A DNA stretch of 59,837 nt, counting the filler. It is 4 parts of 4 records of this genome, joined end to end, with 100 filler letters (N's around TTAATTAATTAA, not from the genome) between each part and the next. Parts side by side here need not be neighbours in the genome. Positions count along the whole stretch, not along the records: positions 24,131 to 51,991 come from SRR31156797_4168; 3 more parts are not named here. One strand, 5' to 3'. The translations under genes and the position numbers were made by a program. This document shows, in pieces, positions 39,287 to 48,611 of the stretch. Position 1 is the stretch's first letter. Every line of letters starts with the position of its first letter. The notes under the pieces are model-generated. The model made no database searches, was not told the origin of the DNA, and saw only the letters and a program-made list of their open reading frames with translations.

Positions 39287-40585
39287 TTAAAAACTTAATT
39301 GCTCTAAAGGTATTCTAACCAGCTTCTTACTTGAGTTTTTATTCGTATGTAAAAAGTATATATTGCTATTATTCACTTTTATTTTTTCAATGTTAATGTA
39401 GTTTTTCAAAGGATAGTATTTGGCAATTTTTCCAGTATTGATGTCAATTTCTTCCATTCTTATTCTTTCGTATTTTTTCCAAATAGCATAAACTTTATTG
39501 GTATACTTGTCGATTTCGACGTGCAATATTCTCTTTTTTGCGTCAAAGTCTGAATTTACACTTTTAATAAGACTTCCTGAATTATTGTAATGGTCAATCT
39601 TTTTGTCAACGGTATTGAATATACAAAAACCCTCATTTGTTTTAATCAATGGACAGTAAATGGGATAGCTGGCAACATTTTCAAAGAATTTACCCCATTG
39701 ATAGAATTCTCTGTACCTTGCTAATTGGTTTGGACCAATATTACCCATATTATTCACACCATAATATCTATTTCTTTGTCTTTGTGCTTGTAAGGAGTAT
39801 TTATATTTTTCTGCATTGAAAATGTCAGCAATAGGGATAACTCTTTTTGTATTTTTGTTGATTCCTGAATAAATGATTCTTTGATTATTTAACAATTGCT
39901 TTTTTGTCAGAAATAAGCTATCTGTTTCAGCAGCTATTGGTTCCATAACTTCATTATACTTGTTTTCAGTAACACCATCGTAAAACTCAATTTTGTATGC
40001 TTCAAGGTATATTTGAAAAATAGAATCATTCATCCCGATATGGATATTGCCCAACCCATCTTCGATAAACCTGTTCACTTTTTTTCGTTTCAAAGTGTAT
40101 TGAAACAACACATTATCATCTTCGTCAAGGTACTTCAGTTCATATTTTGTGGAGTCGTGGAGTAATAATAAAAGATTTTCTCCGTAGAGCGCATAGTCAT
40201 AGATCCATATTCGCTCCGGTTTAATGACTTGCCAGTTTTTATCGCCAGTGACTTCCACAGCATCAAGCTGATATTGGGTTTCTTCCAGAATTATTTGAAT
40301 GGATAATACCCCATTTTCAATAGAATTCTGTTCAATATTGATTCTTTTTTCTTTATAAGCAACGTGTGATACAAATAATTCTTTATCAGTAGTTGATACC
40401 GATAATTCAAATTCACCATTACTGTTTGAAATAGCACCAATATTGGTCGAACTGAAAATATTTACATTTTCAATTGGTTGGTCGTGTACATTCTTAACTG
40501 TGCCTTTAATCACATAGCTGTTTTTTTGTGAAAACACATTGAGTGTAACTAAACTCAGTAGTAAAATCAAATAGCTTATTTTCAT
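39287..40585 (-). CDS. Secreted protein with carboxypeptidase-regulatory-like N-terminal domain
   Basis: IKGTVKN...PIENVNI...SNSNGEF...SHVAY...LDAVEV. Confidence 0.75.
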   Translation of the reverse strand: MKISYLILLLSLVTLNVFSQKNSYVIKGTVKNVHDQPIENVNIFSSTNIGAISNSNGEFELSVSTTDKELFVSHVAYKEKRINIEQNSIENGVLSIQIILEETQYQLDAVEVTGDKNWQVIKPERIWIYDYALYGENLLLLLHDSTKYELKYLDEDDNVLFQYTLKRKKVNRFIEDGLGNIHIGMNDSIFQIYLEAYKIEFYDGVTENKYNEVMEPIAAETDSLFLTKKQLLNNQRIIYSGINKNTKRVIPIADIFNAEKYKYSLQAQRQRNRYYGVNNMGNIGPNQLARYREFYQWGKFFENVASYPIYCPLIKTNEGFCIFNTVDKKIDHYNNSGSLIKSVNSDFDAKKRILHVEIDKYTNKVYAIWKKYERIRMEEIDINTGKIAKYYPLKNYINIEKIKVNNSNIYFLHTNKNSSKKLVRIPLEQLSF

Positions 40586-40618
40586 CTTAGGATCAAGTTA
40601 AAACTTTTTTTTGAAGTT

Positions 40619-41377
40619 TTAAAATCTTAATGACAAACAACTCAATCCTCCATCCATTTTTTGATATTCTGATAGATCAAGTTCAATAGTAGCATAACCC
40701 AGTTTTTCAATACTTTTTTTTGCTTTCGGGAACCCTTTAGGGACCAATACAAAATCGTTAATTCTTAATGAATTGGCTGCGTATTCTTCCTCAGGATCTA
40801 TTTCAATTCGGTTGAATGTTTTAAAATCATCTTTTGAGCAAAAATCTTTGTGAACAAGAAGATTGTTTTCACCCAGATAATTTACACCTGTTTTAAAATG
40901 TAGTAAGTTACAAACCGGAATGGAAAGAGCTTTGTAATTATATTGCTCAACTATTTTGTGTAATTGTTTAGATCCATTAAGATTTGTGCGGGTCGATAAA
41001 CCAATGTAAAAAGTATCATCTGCCTGCATGATGTCGCCGCCATCTAAAAACCCGGGTTCTTCAATATAATGTAGTTCCATTAGGTGTTTTAGTATTTCTT
41101 CGATCTCTTTTTCTTCGCCTAATCTTCGTGGATCACCAGGGCGAGCTATTACACCAAAATCCTTGGTCACAACAGCAGTATCTTCCACAAAACAGGAATC
41201 TGGAAAAGTGGGATTAGAGTCTAATATGGTTAACTCCAATCCACATTTGACCAATGCCTCACAATAAGCATCATGCTGTTTGAGCGCTGTTTTATAATCA
41301 GGTTTGCCTAGGTTTGCGGTGGTTATGCCATTGGCAAATGTTTCTGCGGGTCTGCGAACGATTGCTCTAGTGAACAT
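40619..41377 (-). CDS. Dimethylarginine dimethylaminohydrolase family protein
   Basis: FPDSCFVEDTA, LDGGD, LHFKTG, DGGLSCLSLRF. Confidence 0.92.
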   Translation of the reverse strand: MFTRAIVRRPAETFANGITTANLGKPDYKTALKQHDAYCEALVKCGLELTILDSNPTFPDSCFVEDTAVVTKDFGVIARPGDPRRLGEEKEIEEILKHLMELHYIEEPGFLDGGDIMQADDTFYIGLSTRTNLNGSKQLHKIVEQYNYKALSIPVCNLLHFKTGVNYLGENNLLVHKDFCSKDDFKTFNRIEIDPEEEYAANSLRINDFVLVPKGFPKAKKSIEKLGYATIELDLSEYQKMDGGLSCLSLRF

Positions 41378-41502
41378 AGCTTTATTTTTCAAATAATTTA
41401 TGTACCAAAATACCACAAATTATAGAATGCTTTCAATTAAAAGCTCATTTTTTTAATTTTCAAGCAGTATCTTAAATTCATTTTTTTGATAGTATTTTGA
41501 GC

Positions 41503-42456
41503 TTAATTGGCTTTTAAAAAGTCTACAATAGTATTGACGAGTGATGGCTTTAAGGGCAGTATAGGATTACTGTATGTGGCTTGATTTTCTTGTAAATCAT
41601 CGCTTGAATTTTTTAGGACATGATTCATATCCTCAATAATTATAAGCTGAGCATCCAGGTTTGCTTTATGCAATAATTCTGCATTTTCAACACTAACTTG
41701 CAAATCTGTAGTGCCCTGAATAACGAGGGTTGGAATCTTAAGTTTTGCAATTTCAACATTAGGGTCATATTTTATCCATGAGATCAAATAAGGTTGCACG
41801 CTTGGTCTAAAAATTGTGTTTAAATTGGCATTTACATTTGAAACTGTTTTCCCGACAGATAAGCTATCAATTATTCTATCAGATTCTACTAGCAGTTTGT
41901 TAGGAAGAGTTTTTAATTGGTCTCTTAGGATTTTGTCAATTGATTTTCCTGCTCCTGCTATTGATATGAAAGATGTTATCTGGGTTTCTTCGGCAGCAAG
42001 TATACCTATTAGTGATCCTTCGCTATGACCTAAGAGTGTAATACCCGAAAAACGCGTATCTTTTTTAAGTAATTCAATCCAATCTACCACGTCGCCAACA
42101 TAGGTTTCAAAACGCAATTCAATTTCACTCACCATGGCTGCTTTACTTTTGGCAGCCCCACGTTTATCATAACGCAATGATGCAATTCCGTTTAAAGCAA
42201 GTTGCTTAGCTAGCATTTTATATGTGTTGGCATGTAACATCGGAGGCATATTTCCATCCCTGTCAGGCGCACCTGAGCCTGGAATAATAATTACAACTGG
42301 GATTTCTGTTTCTTTTTCAGGTACTGTTAACGATCCGTAAATTTCTCCGGTCGATGTGTTAAGTACTATTTCAGATGAGCTATATGACACTTTTTTATGT
42401 TCAGTTGAGCAGCTCATGAATAGGATGCATACAAGTATTAAGGTGTTGATTTTCAT
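41503..42456 (-). CDS. Alpha/beta hydrolase lipoprotein
   Basis: PGSGAPDRDGN, RYDKRG, GHSEG nucleophile, DLQV, MNH. Confidence 0.88.
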   Translation of the reverse strand: MKINTLILVCILFMSCSTEHKKVSYSSSEIVLNTSTGEIYGSLTVPEKETEIPVVIIIPGSGAPDRDGNMPPMLHANTYKMLAKQLALNGIASLRYDKRGAAKSKAAMVSEIELRFETYVGDVVDWIELLKKDTRFSGITLLGHSEGSLIGILAAEETQITSFISIAGAGKSIDKILRDQLKTLPNKLLVESDRIIDSLSVGKTVSNVNANLNTIFRPSVQPYLISWIKYDPNVEIAKLKIPTLVIQGTTDLQVSVENAELLHKANLDAQLIIIEDMNHVLKNSSDDLQENQATYSNPILPLKPSLVNTIVDFLKAN

Positions 42457-42467
42457 TGTTATAAGTT

Positions 42468-42650
42468 CTATTTTATATAATTACTAGCGATGATCAAAAT
42501 TATTATTGCAGCAATTAGTACATAGGTGTATACATTACCAAAGTTTAGAGTCCATCCAAAGTACTTTAGCCGCTTAGGTACAAATATTCGTGAATCATTT
42601 TGATTCACATAAAATGGTCCATAATAATGTTCCTGGTTGTTGTATTTCAT
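42468..42650 (-). CDS. DUF5808-like small membrane protein
   Basis: FYVNQNDSRIFVPKR...GWTLNFG. Confidence 0.8.
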   Translation of the reverse strand: MKYNNQEHYYGPFYVNQNDSRIFVPKRLKYFGWTLNFGNVYTYVLIAAIIILIIASNYIK

Positions 42651-42653
42651 GGT

Positions 42654-43304
42654 TTAATTTTTATTTTGTTTTTGATAATAGATGAATGAAAAGATAATTG
42701 GAAAAAGCGTAATTGGAATTAGACTTACCAGGAAGATATAAGGACTCAAATTTTTTGGTAACAGTAAAACAGATACTCCAACTAGTATTCCTCCAATAAA
42801 CCAAACGCGACCTGTGATGAAGTGTGTTTTTTTCCAATTATTTTCATTTTCAAGTGTCCATGGGGTCCGGATACCCAAAAAATAATTTGGTCTGATGTTA
42901 CTCATGTAATTGCCCATTAGTGCAAATAAGAGGGCAAAAATGAAATAGAAAATAGACGTGTTGAGTGCTTTGTCGAGAGCCGAAAAGATAATAATCAAAC
43001 AAAGCATTGAGAAAAACAGTGATAGAATAATTCGAAGTTTAAAGTATGTAGTATTAAAAATGGAGAAGTTCTTTTTAGGATCTATTTTGGGTATAAAACG
43101 CAATAGGAGATAGGGGCTGATCGATAAAAGCAAAATTAGTAGACCCAGATTACCTTTCGTTCCATATCCATCGGGATTGCCTTGCGCGTCAAAATGGATT
43201 GGAACTTCTGTGGGTAGTTTATTCCAAATGAATAGCAAGTAAATAAAAGGCACAATTATAATTGCTACAATGAGTAATTCCCTATAAAAATTAACTTTTT
43301 TCAT
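42654..43304 (-). CDS. sdpI: SdpI family immunity membrane protein
   Basis: LPTEVPIHFDAQGNPDG; PNYFLGIRTPWTL...WKKTH. Confidence 0.85.
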   Translation of the reverse strand: MKKVNFYRELLIVAIIIVPFIYLLFIWNKLPTEVPIHFDAQGNPDGYGTKGNLGLLILLLSISPYLLLRFIPKIDPKKNFSIFNTTYFKLRIILSLFFSMLCLIIIFSALDKALNTSIFYFIFALLFALMGNYMSNIRPNYFLGIRTPWTLENENNWKKTHFITGRVWFIGGILVGVSVLLLPKNLSPYIFLVSLIPITLFPIIFSFIYYQKQNKN

Positions 43305-43569
43305 TTTGGTTATCGTTTGAATTAAACTTCATGAACCACTTAATAATATCATCCATTATAGTTGTGTTAAGCGAATAGTAAATGAACTGACCTTTTCTTA
43401 CATCAACTACGAGGTCGGCATTTTTAAGCAACGAGAGATGATGAGAAATGCTTGGTTTGGTCATATCAAATTTTTCCGCGATTTCGCCTGCAGTCATATC
43501 TGAATCTTTGAGCATTTCCAGGATTTCTCGTCTGGTTTTATCGTTTAATGCTTTGAAAAGTTTATTCAT
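43291..43569 (-). CDS. sdpR: ArsR-family autorepressor, SdpR-like
   Basis: FKALNDKTRREIL...MTAGEIAEKFDMTKPSISHHL...GQFIYYSLNTT; first gene of the operon with sdpI. Confidence 0.85.
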   Translation of the reverse strand: MNKLFKALNDKTRREILEMLKDSDMTAGEIAEKFDMTKPSISHHLSLLKNADLVVDVRKGQFIYYSLNTTIMDDIIKWFMKFNSNDNQNEKS

Positions 43570-43579
43570 TTAAATTAGA

Positions 43580-43601
43580 TATTTAGACAAATGTCTAAAT
43601 A
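43580..43601. promoter_or_regulatory. Probable SdpR/ArsR operator
   Basis: Perfect 10-2-10 inverted repeat TATTTAGACA-AA-TGTCTAAATA, 10 bp upstream of the repressor start. Confidence 0.75.
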
Positions 43602-43688
43602 AATATTTAGAAAAACAAGATTTTATAAATTATACCAGAATAACAAGTTTCTCTATTAGCTAAATTGAATGACAATGGTGGATTTGGC

Positions 43689-44639
43689 TTATTCCTTTCG
43701 CCAATCAAATTCTGCTTTTCTTAATCGGTCCATGATGGCAATACCAATTCCTTTTTCTTCAACGGGTTCGGCAATAATGAGGTCTATGTCATTATCATCT
43801 TCAAAAGCATGCATAGCTTCAAACATGTTAACGGCATAGTCTTTTAGGTCGTTGTTTTTAGAAACATGAATAACTTTGGAATAACCTGCATCCATCTTTC
43901 CAGTAAAAGAAATCAGCCCCGCTTTTGCTAAATCTATTTTGGGCATTTTATCATCAGCAATGAGTAGCTTTTTTCGTGGACTGTAATGTGATTTGAGCAT
44001 TCCGGGAGCAGTTAGTTTTTCAATTGCTGTTTCTGCATCAAATGGGAGAATCGTTTCCAAATCTTCTTTGGTAATAACTCCATTTCTGAGAATTTGAAAA
44101 CCTTTTTCAGTAAGTCTAATAATGGTAGATTCAATACCAACGGTAGTTTTTCCACCATCGAGCGTAAAATCGATTTTTGGTAGCTGTTTTCTCACATGAG
44201 CAGCTGTAGTTGGGCTAATTCGACCAAATTTATTGGCGCTAGGTGCAGCAATTGGACAATTGGAGGCATTTATGAGTTTTTTGGCAACTTCATTAGCAGG
44301 CATTCGTATGCCAACTGTTGATAAACCAGATGTTACCAGATCGGGAACAATATCACTTTTGGGTAACACCATGGTTAATGGTCCCGGCCAAAACTTGTCT
44401 GCTATTTCATAAATTCTTTTATCTCGACTTATTGTCAGTTCCTCAAGTTGATCAATACTCCCAATATGCACAATGAGCGGGTCAAATGAAGGCCGCTCTT
44501 TAGCTTCAAATATTTTGGCCACAGCCATTGGATCTAATGCATTTGCTCCGAGCCCATATACTGTTTCTGTGGGGAATGCAACCAATTTTCCCTCTTGTAT
44601 ATATTTTGCCGCTAGTTTTATATCACTAGTAATACTCAT
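43689..44639 (-). CDS. sua5: L-threonylcarbamoyladenylate synthase (Sua5 type)
   Basis: AFPTETVYGLGA, KERPSFDPLIVH, AAPSANKFG, GIEST, APGMLKSHY; start moved to ATG 44639. Confidence 0.93.
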   Translation of the reverse strand: MSITSDIKLAAKYIQEGKLVAFPTETVYGLGANALDPMAVAKIFEAKERPSFDPLIVHIGSIDQLEELTISRDKRIYEIADKFWPGPLTMVLPKSDIVPDLVTSGLSTVGIRMPANEVAKKLINASNCPIAAPSANKFGRISPTTAAHVRKQLPKIDFTLDGGKTTVGIESTIIRLTEKGFQILRNGVITKEDLETILPFDAETAIEKLTAPGMLKSHYSPRKKLLIADDKMPKIDLAKAGLISFTGKMDAGYSKVIHVSKNNDLKDYAVNMFEAMHAFEDDNDIDLIIAEPVEEKGIGIAIMDRLRKAEFDWRKE

Positions 44640-44768
44640 GCTTTTTTTGTGTATGAGATGTGAGTAATTGTTCCGAAATGTTAGCAAAATTAGTACCCTT
44701 TTTTGATTGAGAAGCAAATTCAAAGGTAATTTATTGAGCAGTTTTCGTTATTAAGTTTTCTTATCAAA

Positions 44769-46007
44769 TTACAACTCAATTCGAAAAGTACTACCTACTC
44801 CTATTTTACTTTTAACAAAAACTTCAGCTTTTAATTTACTAAGAAATTCCATGGCAAGTATTAATCCTAATCCTGAACTACTTTCACCACGTGTTCCTTT
44901 TTTGTGTTTTTCATTGTAGCTAAATAGTTTATCAACATATTCCTGATTCATTCCAATTCCTGTGTCTTCAATAATTATTTCAGTCTTTTCTATAAGTTTA
45001 GTTACCTTGATTCTTAATTCTCCATTTTGATTATTGTACTTGATAGCATTTGAAATCAGGTTTCGTAGGACAGCTAAGATCATATTATGATCCGTATTTA
45101 CAAATACTTTTCTTGTATCAAAAGATTTGGAAACTTTTATTCCTTTCAATTGAATAGGTTGATTAAAATAGACTAAAAGCTTATCTATAACTTCTATAAT
45201 ATTGACTTTTTTTATTTCAGGTTGTAGTTCGAGAATATCATTTTTAGACCAACTCAACAAATCTTCGAGTGCTTCATGCGAAGAAGTGACTTGCTCATTT
45301 ATAGATTGAAGAATGGACTTAAGTTTGTTATTATCAAATGTGTCGAAATCTTGAATTATCATTTTTAGAAATTCATTAATAGTTGCTACTCCACCACGAA
45401 TATCATGGGAAATTAAGGATAAAAATTTCGACTTTATGTTATTCATTTCCTGAAGCTGGATGTTCTTCTCAACCAAATTTTTGTTTAGCAACAGAACTTC
45501 CAGATCATTTTCTATATGTAACTTGATTTGATGCAGCAACTCTTCATAGTTACTATTGTAATTATTTTCTTTGCTGTCTAATAAACAAACGGTTCCAAAT
45601 ACTTCACCATCTGGCCAGTTAACCGGAAACCCCATGTATGAAATCATATCCATATCTACATCAGGGTTGTCTTTGCTCCAAATATTGCTTTTTCTGGCAT
45701 CAGGAATCAAAAGTTTTTGTTGTTTTCCAATAACGGTTTCACAATATAATCCATATATCAGTTCTGCTTGTTCACCTTCTTCGTATGGATTTCCGTTTGT
45801 ATTGCTCTTAACAAATACCTCAATATTTTCCTGATTTAAACGCATAATTAGTCCTGCAGGTACATCTATAACTTTAGCGGCAGTATCTATTAGTGATTGC
45901 CACTTTTCTATAACTTTTTTTTGAATTTCAGGCTTTAGATCTGAACCAATCTTCACCTTCTTTCTTTGTTTTTCTCCGCGAACGATAATATTTGAAAAAT
46001 TTTCCAT
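44769..46007 (-). CDS. GAF-domain sensor histidine kinase
   Basis: GAF (YMGFPVNWPDGEVFGTVC), H-box SHDIR, NLISNAIKY, DTGIGM, GLGL. Confidence 0.9.
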   Translation of the reverse strand: MENFSNIIVRGEKQRKKVKIGSDLKPEIQKKVIEKWQSLIDTAAKVIDVPAGLIMRLNQENIEVFVKSNTNGNPYEEGEQAELIYGLYCETVIGKQQKLLIPDARKSNIWSKDNPDVDMDMISYMGFPVNWPDGEVFGTVCLLDSKENNYNSNYEELLHQIKLHIENDLEVLLLNKNLVEKNIQLQEMNNIKSKFLSLISHDIRGGVATINEFLKMIIQDFDTFDNNKLKSILQSINEQVTSSHEALEDLLSWSKNDILELQPEIKKVNIIEVIDKLLVYFNQPIQLKGIKVSKSFDTRKVFVNTDHNMILAVLRNLISNAIKYNNQNGELRIKVTKLIEKTEIIIEDTGIGMNQEYVDKLFSYNEKHKKGTRGESSSGLGLILAMEFLSKLKAEVFVKSKIGVGSTFRIEL

Positions 46008-46073
46008 AATCTAAATATACGAAATTTTCAATAGTTCGGAAACGCTTAATAGTCAGAAGTTACCAGCAAAAAA

Positions 46074-47021
46074 CTAAATTACGAGGTATACTGTATAGCT
46101 TGAATATAAGACTAATAATACTATTGCTTCCCACCGGTCAAGTTTTTTCCTTTTGCCGGTAAACATTGCCAGAAATAGTATAATTGTACCAATTGATAAT
46201 ATATATAAGTCATTATTTAGCGCTAAATCATATTCAAGCGGGTTAATGAGTGAACTCACTCCCAGAATTAAAAATATGTTGAAAATATTAGAGCCAATGA
46301 TATTACCAACTGCTATATCGTTGTTCTTTTTTAGGGCAGCAACAACTGATGTGGCCAATTCCGGTAACGACGTTCCTGCAGCAATAATTGTTAAACCTAT
46401 TACTCTTTCACTTAATCCAAAAGCTGTTGCTAAGGCTACTGCATTGGTTACAATTAATCTTCCGCCGATAACTAAGCCTGTTATACCTATAAAGATCAAC
46501 AACCAAATATTTTTATTTGAATGGATGGCATTTGTTTCAGGTTGTTCTTGAGAAGGGGATTTCCTAATTTGCCAGAATATATACGAAAGGAATAATCCAA
46601 ATAAAACTAATAATAATACACCTTCAAAGCGAGAAATAACCATGGGAGAATAAAACCAGCTACTGGTAAATACATAGAAGACAATCAGTGAGAATAATGC
46701 AAAGGGTATTTCTTTCCAGACAGTACTTGTTTGAACTACCATAGGAGTAATGATACCTGCAATGCCAAGAATGATAAAAATGTTGAAATTATTACTCCCA
46801 ATTACATTACCAAATATTATAGCGTGGTGCTCTTCAACCGATGCCAAAATATTTACGACCAGCTCTGGTGCAGAAGTCCCAAACGCAACAACGGTAAGAC
46901 CAATAACTAAATCAGAAACATTATATTTTTTAGCCAGCGAAGAGGCACCTTTTACGAAAAAATCAGCGCCTTTAATAAGGAGTATAAATCCTAATATGAT
47001 TAATCCTATTTGTAGTAACAT
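46074..47021 (-). CDS. Calcium/sodium antiporter (YrbG family)
   Basis: GTSAPE / GTSLPE alpha repeats; GSN motifs. Confidence 0.92.
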   Translation of the reverse strand: MLLQIGLIILGFILLIKGADFFVKGASSLAKKYNVSDLVIGLTVVAFGTSAPELVVNILASVEEHHAIIFGNVIGSNNFNIFIILGIAGIITPMVVQTSTVWKEIPFALFSLIVFYVFTSSWFYSPMVISRFEGVLLLVLFGLFLSYIFWQIRKSPSQEQPETNAIHSNKNIWLLIFIGITGLVIGGRLIVTNAVALATAFGLSERVIGLTIIAAGTSLPELATSVVAALKKNNDIAVGNIIGSNIFNIFLILGVSSLINPLEYDLALNNDLYILSIGTIILFLAMFTGKRKKLDRWEAIVLLVLYSSYTVYLVI

Positions 47022-47253
47022 ATTTTTAATTTGAGTTCAGTCTAAGGTGATATTTTATGAATTAATTATTAAAGTTTTATTAGATTTTAAGCTTTTGATT
47101 ATTTGGTGATTCGTTGATTTGTATATCATATCACTTTGGATAAAGTATTATATTAACAAATCGACAAATAAACAAATCAACAGGTGCGCTCAAACCATTT
47201 TAAAACAATTGGTTACGTATTTTTAATCATTTCTTACATCAAGCTGACGTTAA

Positions 47254-48318
47254 TTAAAACCACTTTTTCTTTTTGAAATAATAAATCATTCCTGTTAGCA
47301 TAATTAACATTACAGCCCAAACACTAAAATATCCATATTGCCACTCCAGTTCAGGCATGTATTTGAAATTCATTCCATAAATTCCTGCTACGAAAGTTAG
47401 TGGAATAAAGATAGTTGCAACTATAGTAAGGGTTTTCATTACCTGATTCATTTTATGACCTTGAAAAGAGAAAAACAAATTTGTACTACTTTCAAGTGCT
47501 GCTAATATGGTATCACAATCATCGATTAGTGTCAGGCACAAATCTTTAATTTCATAGAAAAATTTTAAATTCCTTTTTTCTATAAAGGGATTTAGTTCTC
47601 GTTCATTAATTTGGACAAATTCTTTTATAGGTTGAATAGCACTTTTTATAAAGCGTACAAAGACTTTGTATTTTTCAATTTCCTCAAGTATAGAAGGTGA
47701 AGGGTTTGTTTTTATGTTTTCCATATTTAACCTTTCGACCTCCTTATTTATATTGGTCAATGTTTTGAAATAATTATCAAGAATGGATTCCAGCATTATA
47801 TATAATAAAAAATCAGATCCTCTATCTCTTATTATTCCAATGTTTTCTCTTAGTCTGTAGCGCAAGTGCTCAAAATAATCAGCTTTCTTCTCTTGAAATG
47901 AGATTAAATATTGATGACTAAAAACAAAACTAATTTGCTCAATGGTCATTTCATTGAGCGAAGGCACTGTAGTTTTGAGTGTAAGAAAACAATAGTTTTC
48001 ATATTCCTGAAACTTGGGTCTTTGGTTTAAATCTAAAATATCCTGAATTACCAGATTATCAATATTTTGTTTCTGACAAATGGAAGCAATCTTATTTGTG
48101 TCACTTAATCCATAAACATTTAACCATTTATTGTTATTTCCAACGTTTAAGGTTTCTATATCTGAAACCAATACATTGTGTTGCTCATCAAGCTTTTCCT
48201 TAGAATATTCAAATAGTTGAATATCAGTTATTTCATCAGTCTGGTAACCTGTATAAATAAACTTATAAGGATCAGACTTTTTCCTATTTAATGATTTTAT
48301 TTTCCTGAAATAGTCCAT
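47254..48318 (-). CDS. corA: Magnesium/cobalt transporter CorA
   Basis: QRPK; YGMNF signature; MPEL loop; two C-terminal TM helices. Confidence 0.93.
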   Translation of the reverse strand: MDYFRKIKSLNRKKSDPYKFIYTGYQTDEITDIQLFEYSKEKLDEQHNVLVSDIETLNVGNNNKWLNVYGLSDTNKIASICQKQNIDNLVIQDILDLNQRPKFQEYENYCFLTLKTTVPSLNEMTIEQISFVFSHQYLISFQEKKADYFEHLRYRLRENIGIIRDRGSDFLLYIMLESILDNYFKTLTNINKEVERLNMENIKTNPSPSILEEIEKYKVFVRFIKSAIQPIKEFVQINERELNPFIEKRNLKFFYEIKDLCLTLIDDCDTILAALESSTNLFFSFQGHKMNQVMKTLTIVATIFIPLTFVAGIYGMNFKYMPELEWQYGYFSVWAVMLIMLTGMIYYFKKKKWF

Positions 48319-48611
48319 TGTTTATAGTATTTGATGATCATAATATATAACTATTTTTTCAAATTTGTGTTTGTAGTTGAAGTTTGAATATTTCAAATAT
48401 ATAAATGTATTGTATTTTAGAACTATTCTAAATAATATTTATAAGTGATTGAAATAGATTGCATAAATGTTTTTATTGTTGTTTGTGTATAATTTTCATT
48501 GAAAATATTGAAACTGTTTATTGTTTTTCTCCGTATTTTCAAACTGACCCAAAATCCCAAATGAAACCTCAAATAGTTAAAATTTTCAGTAATTCTTAAT
48601 AAAGTGTACTT

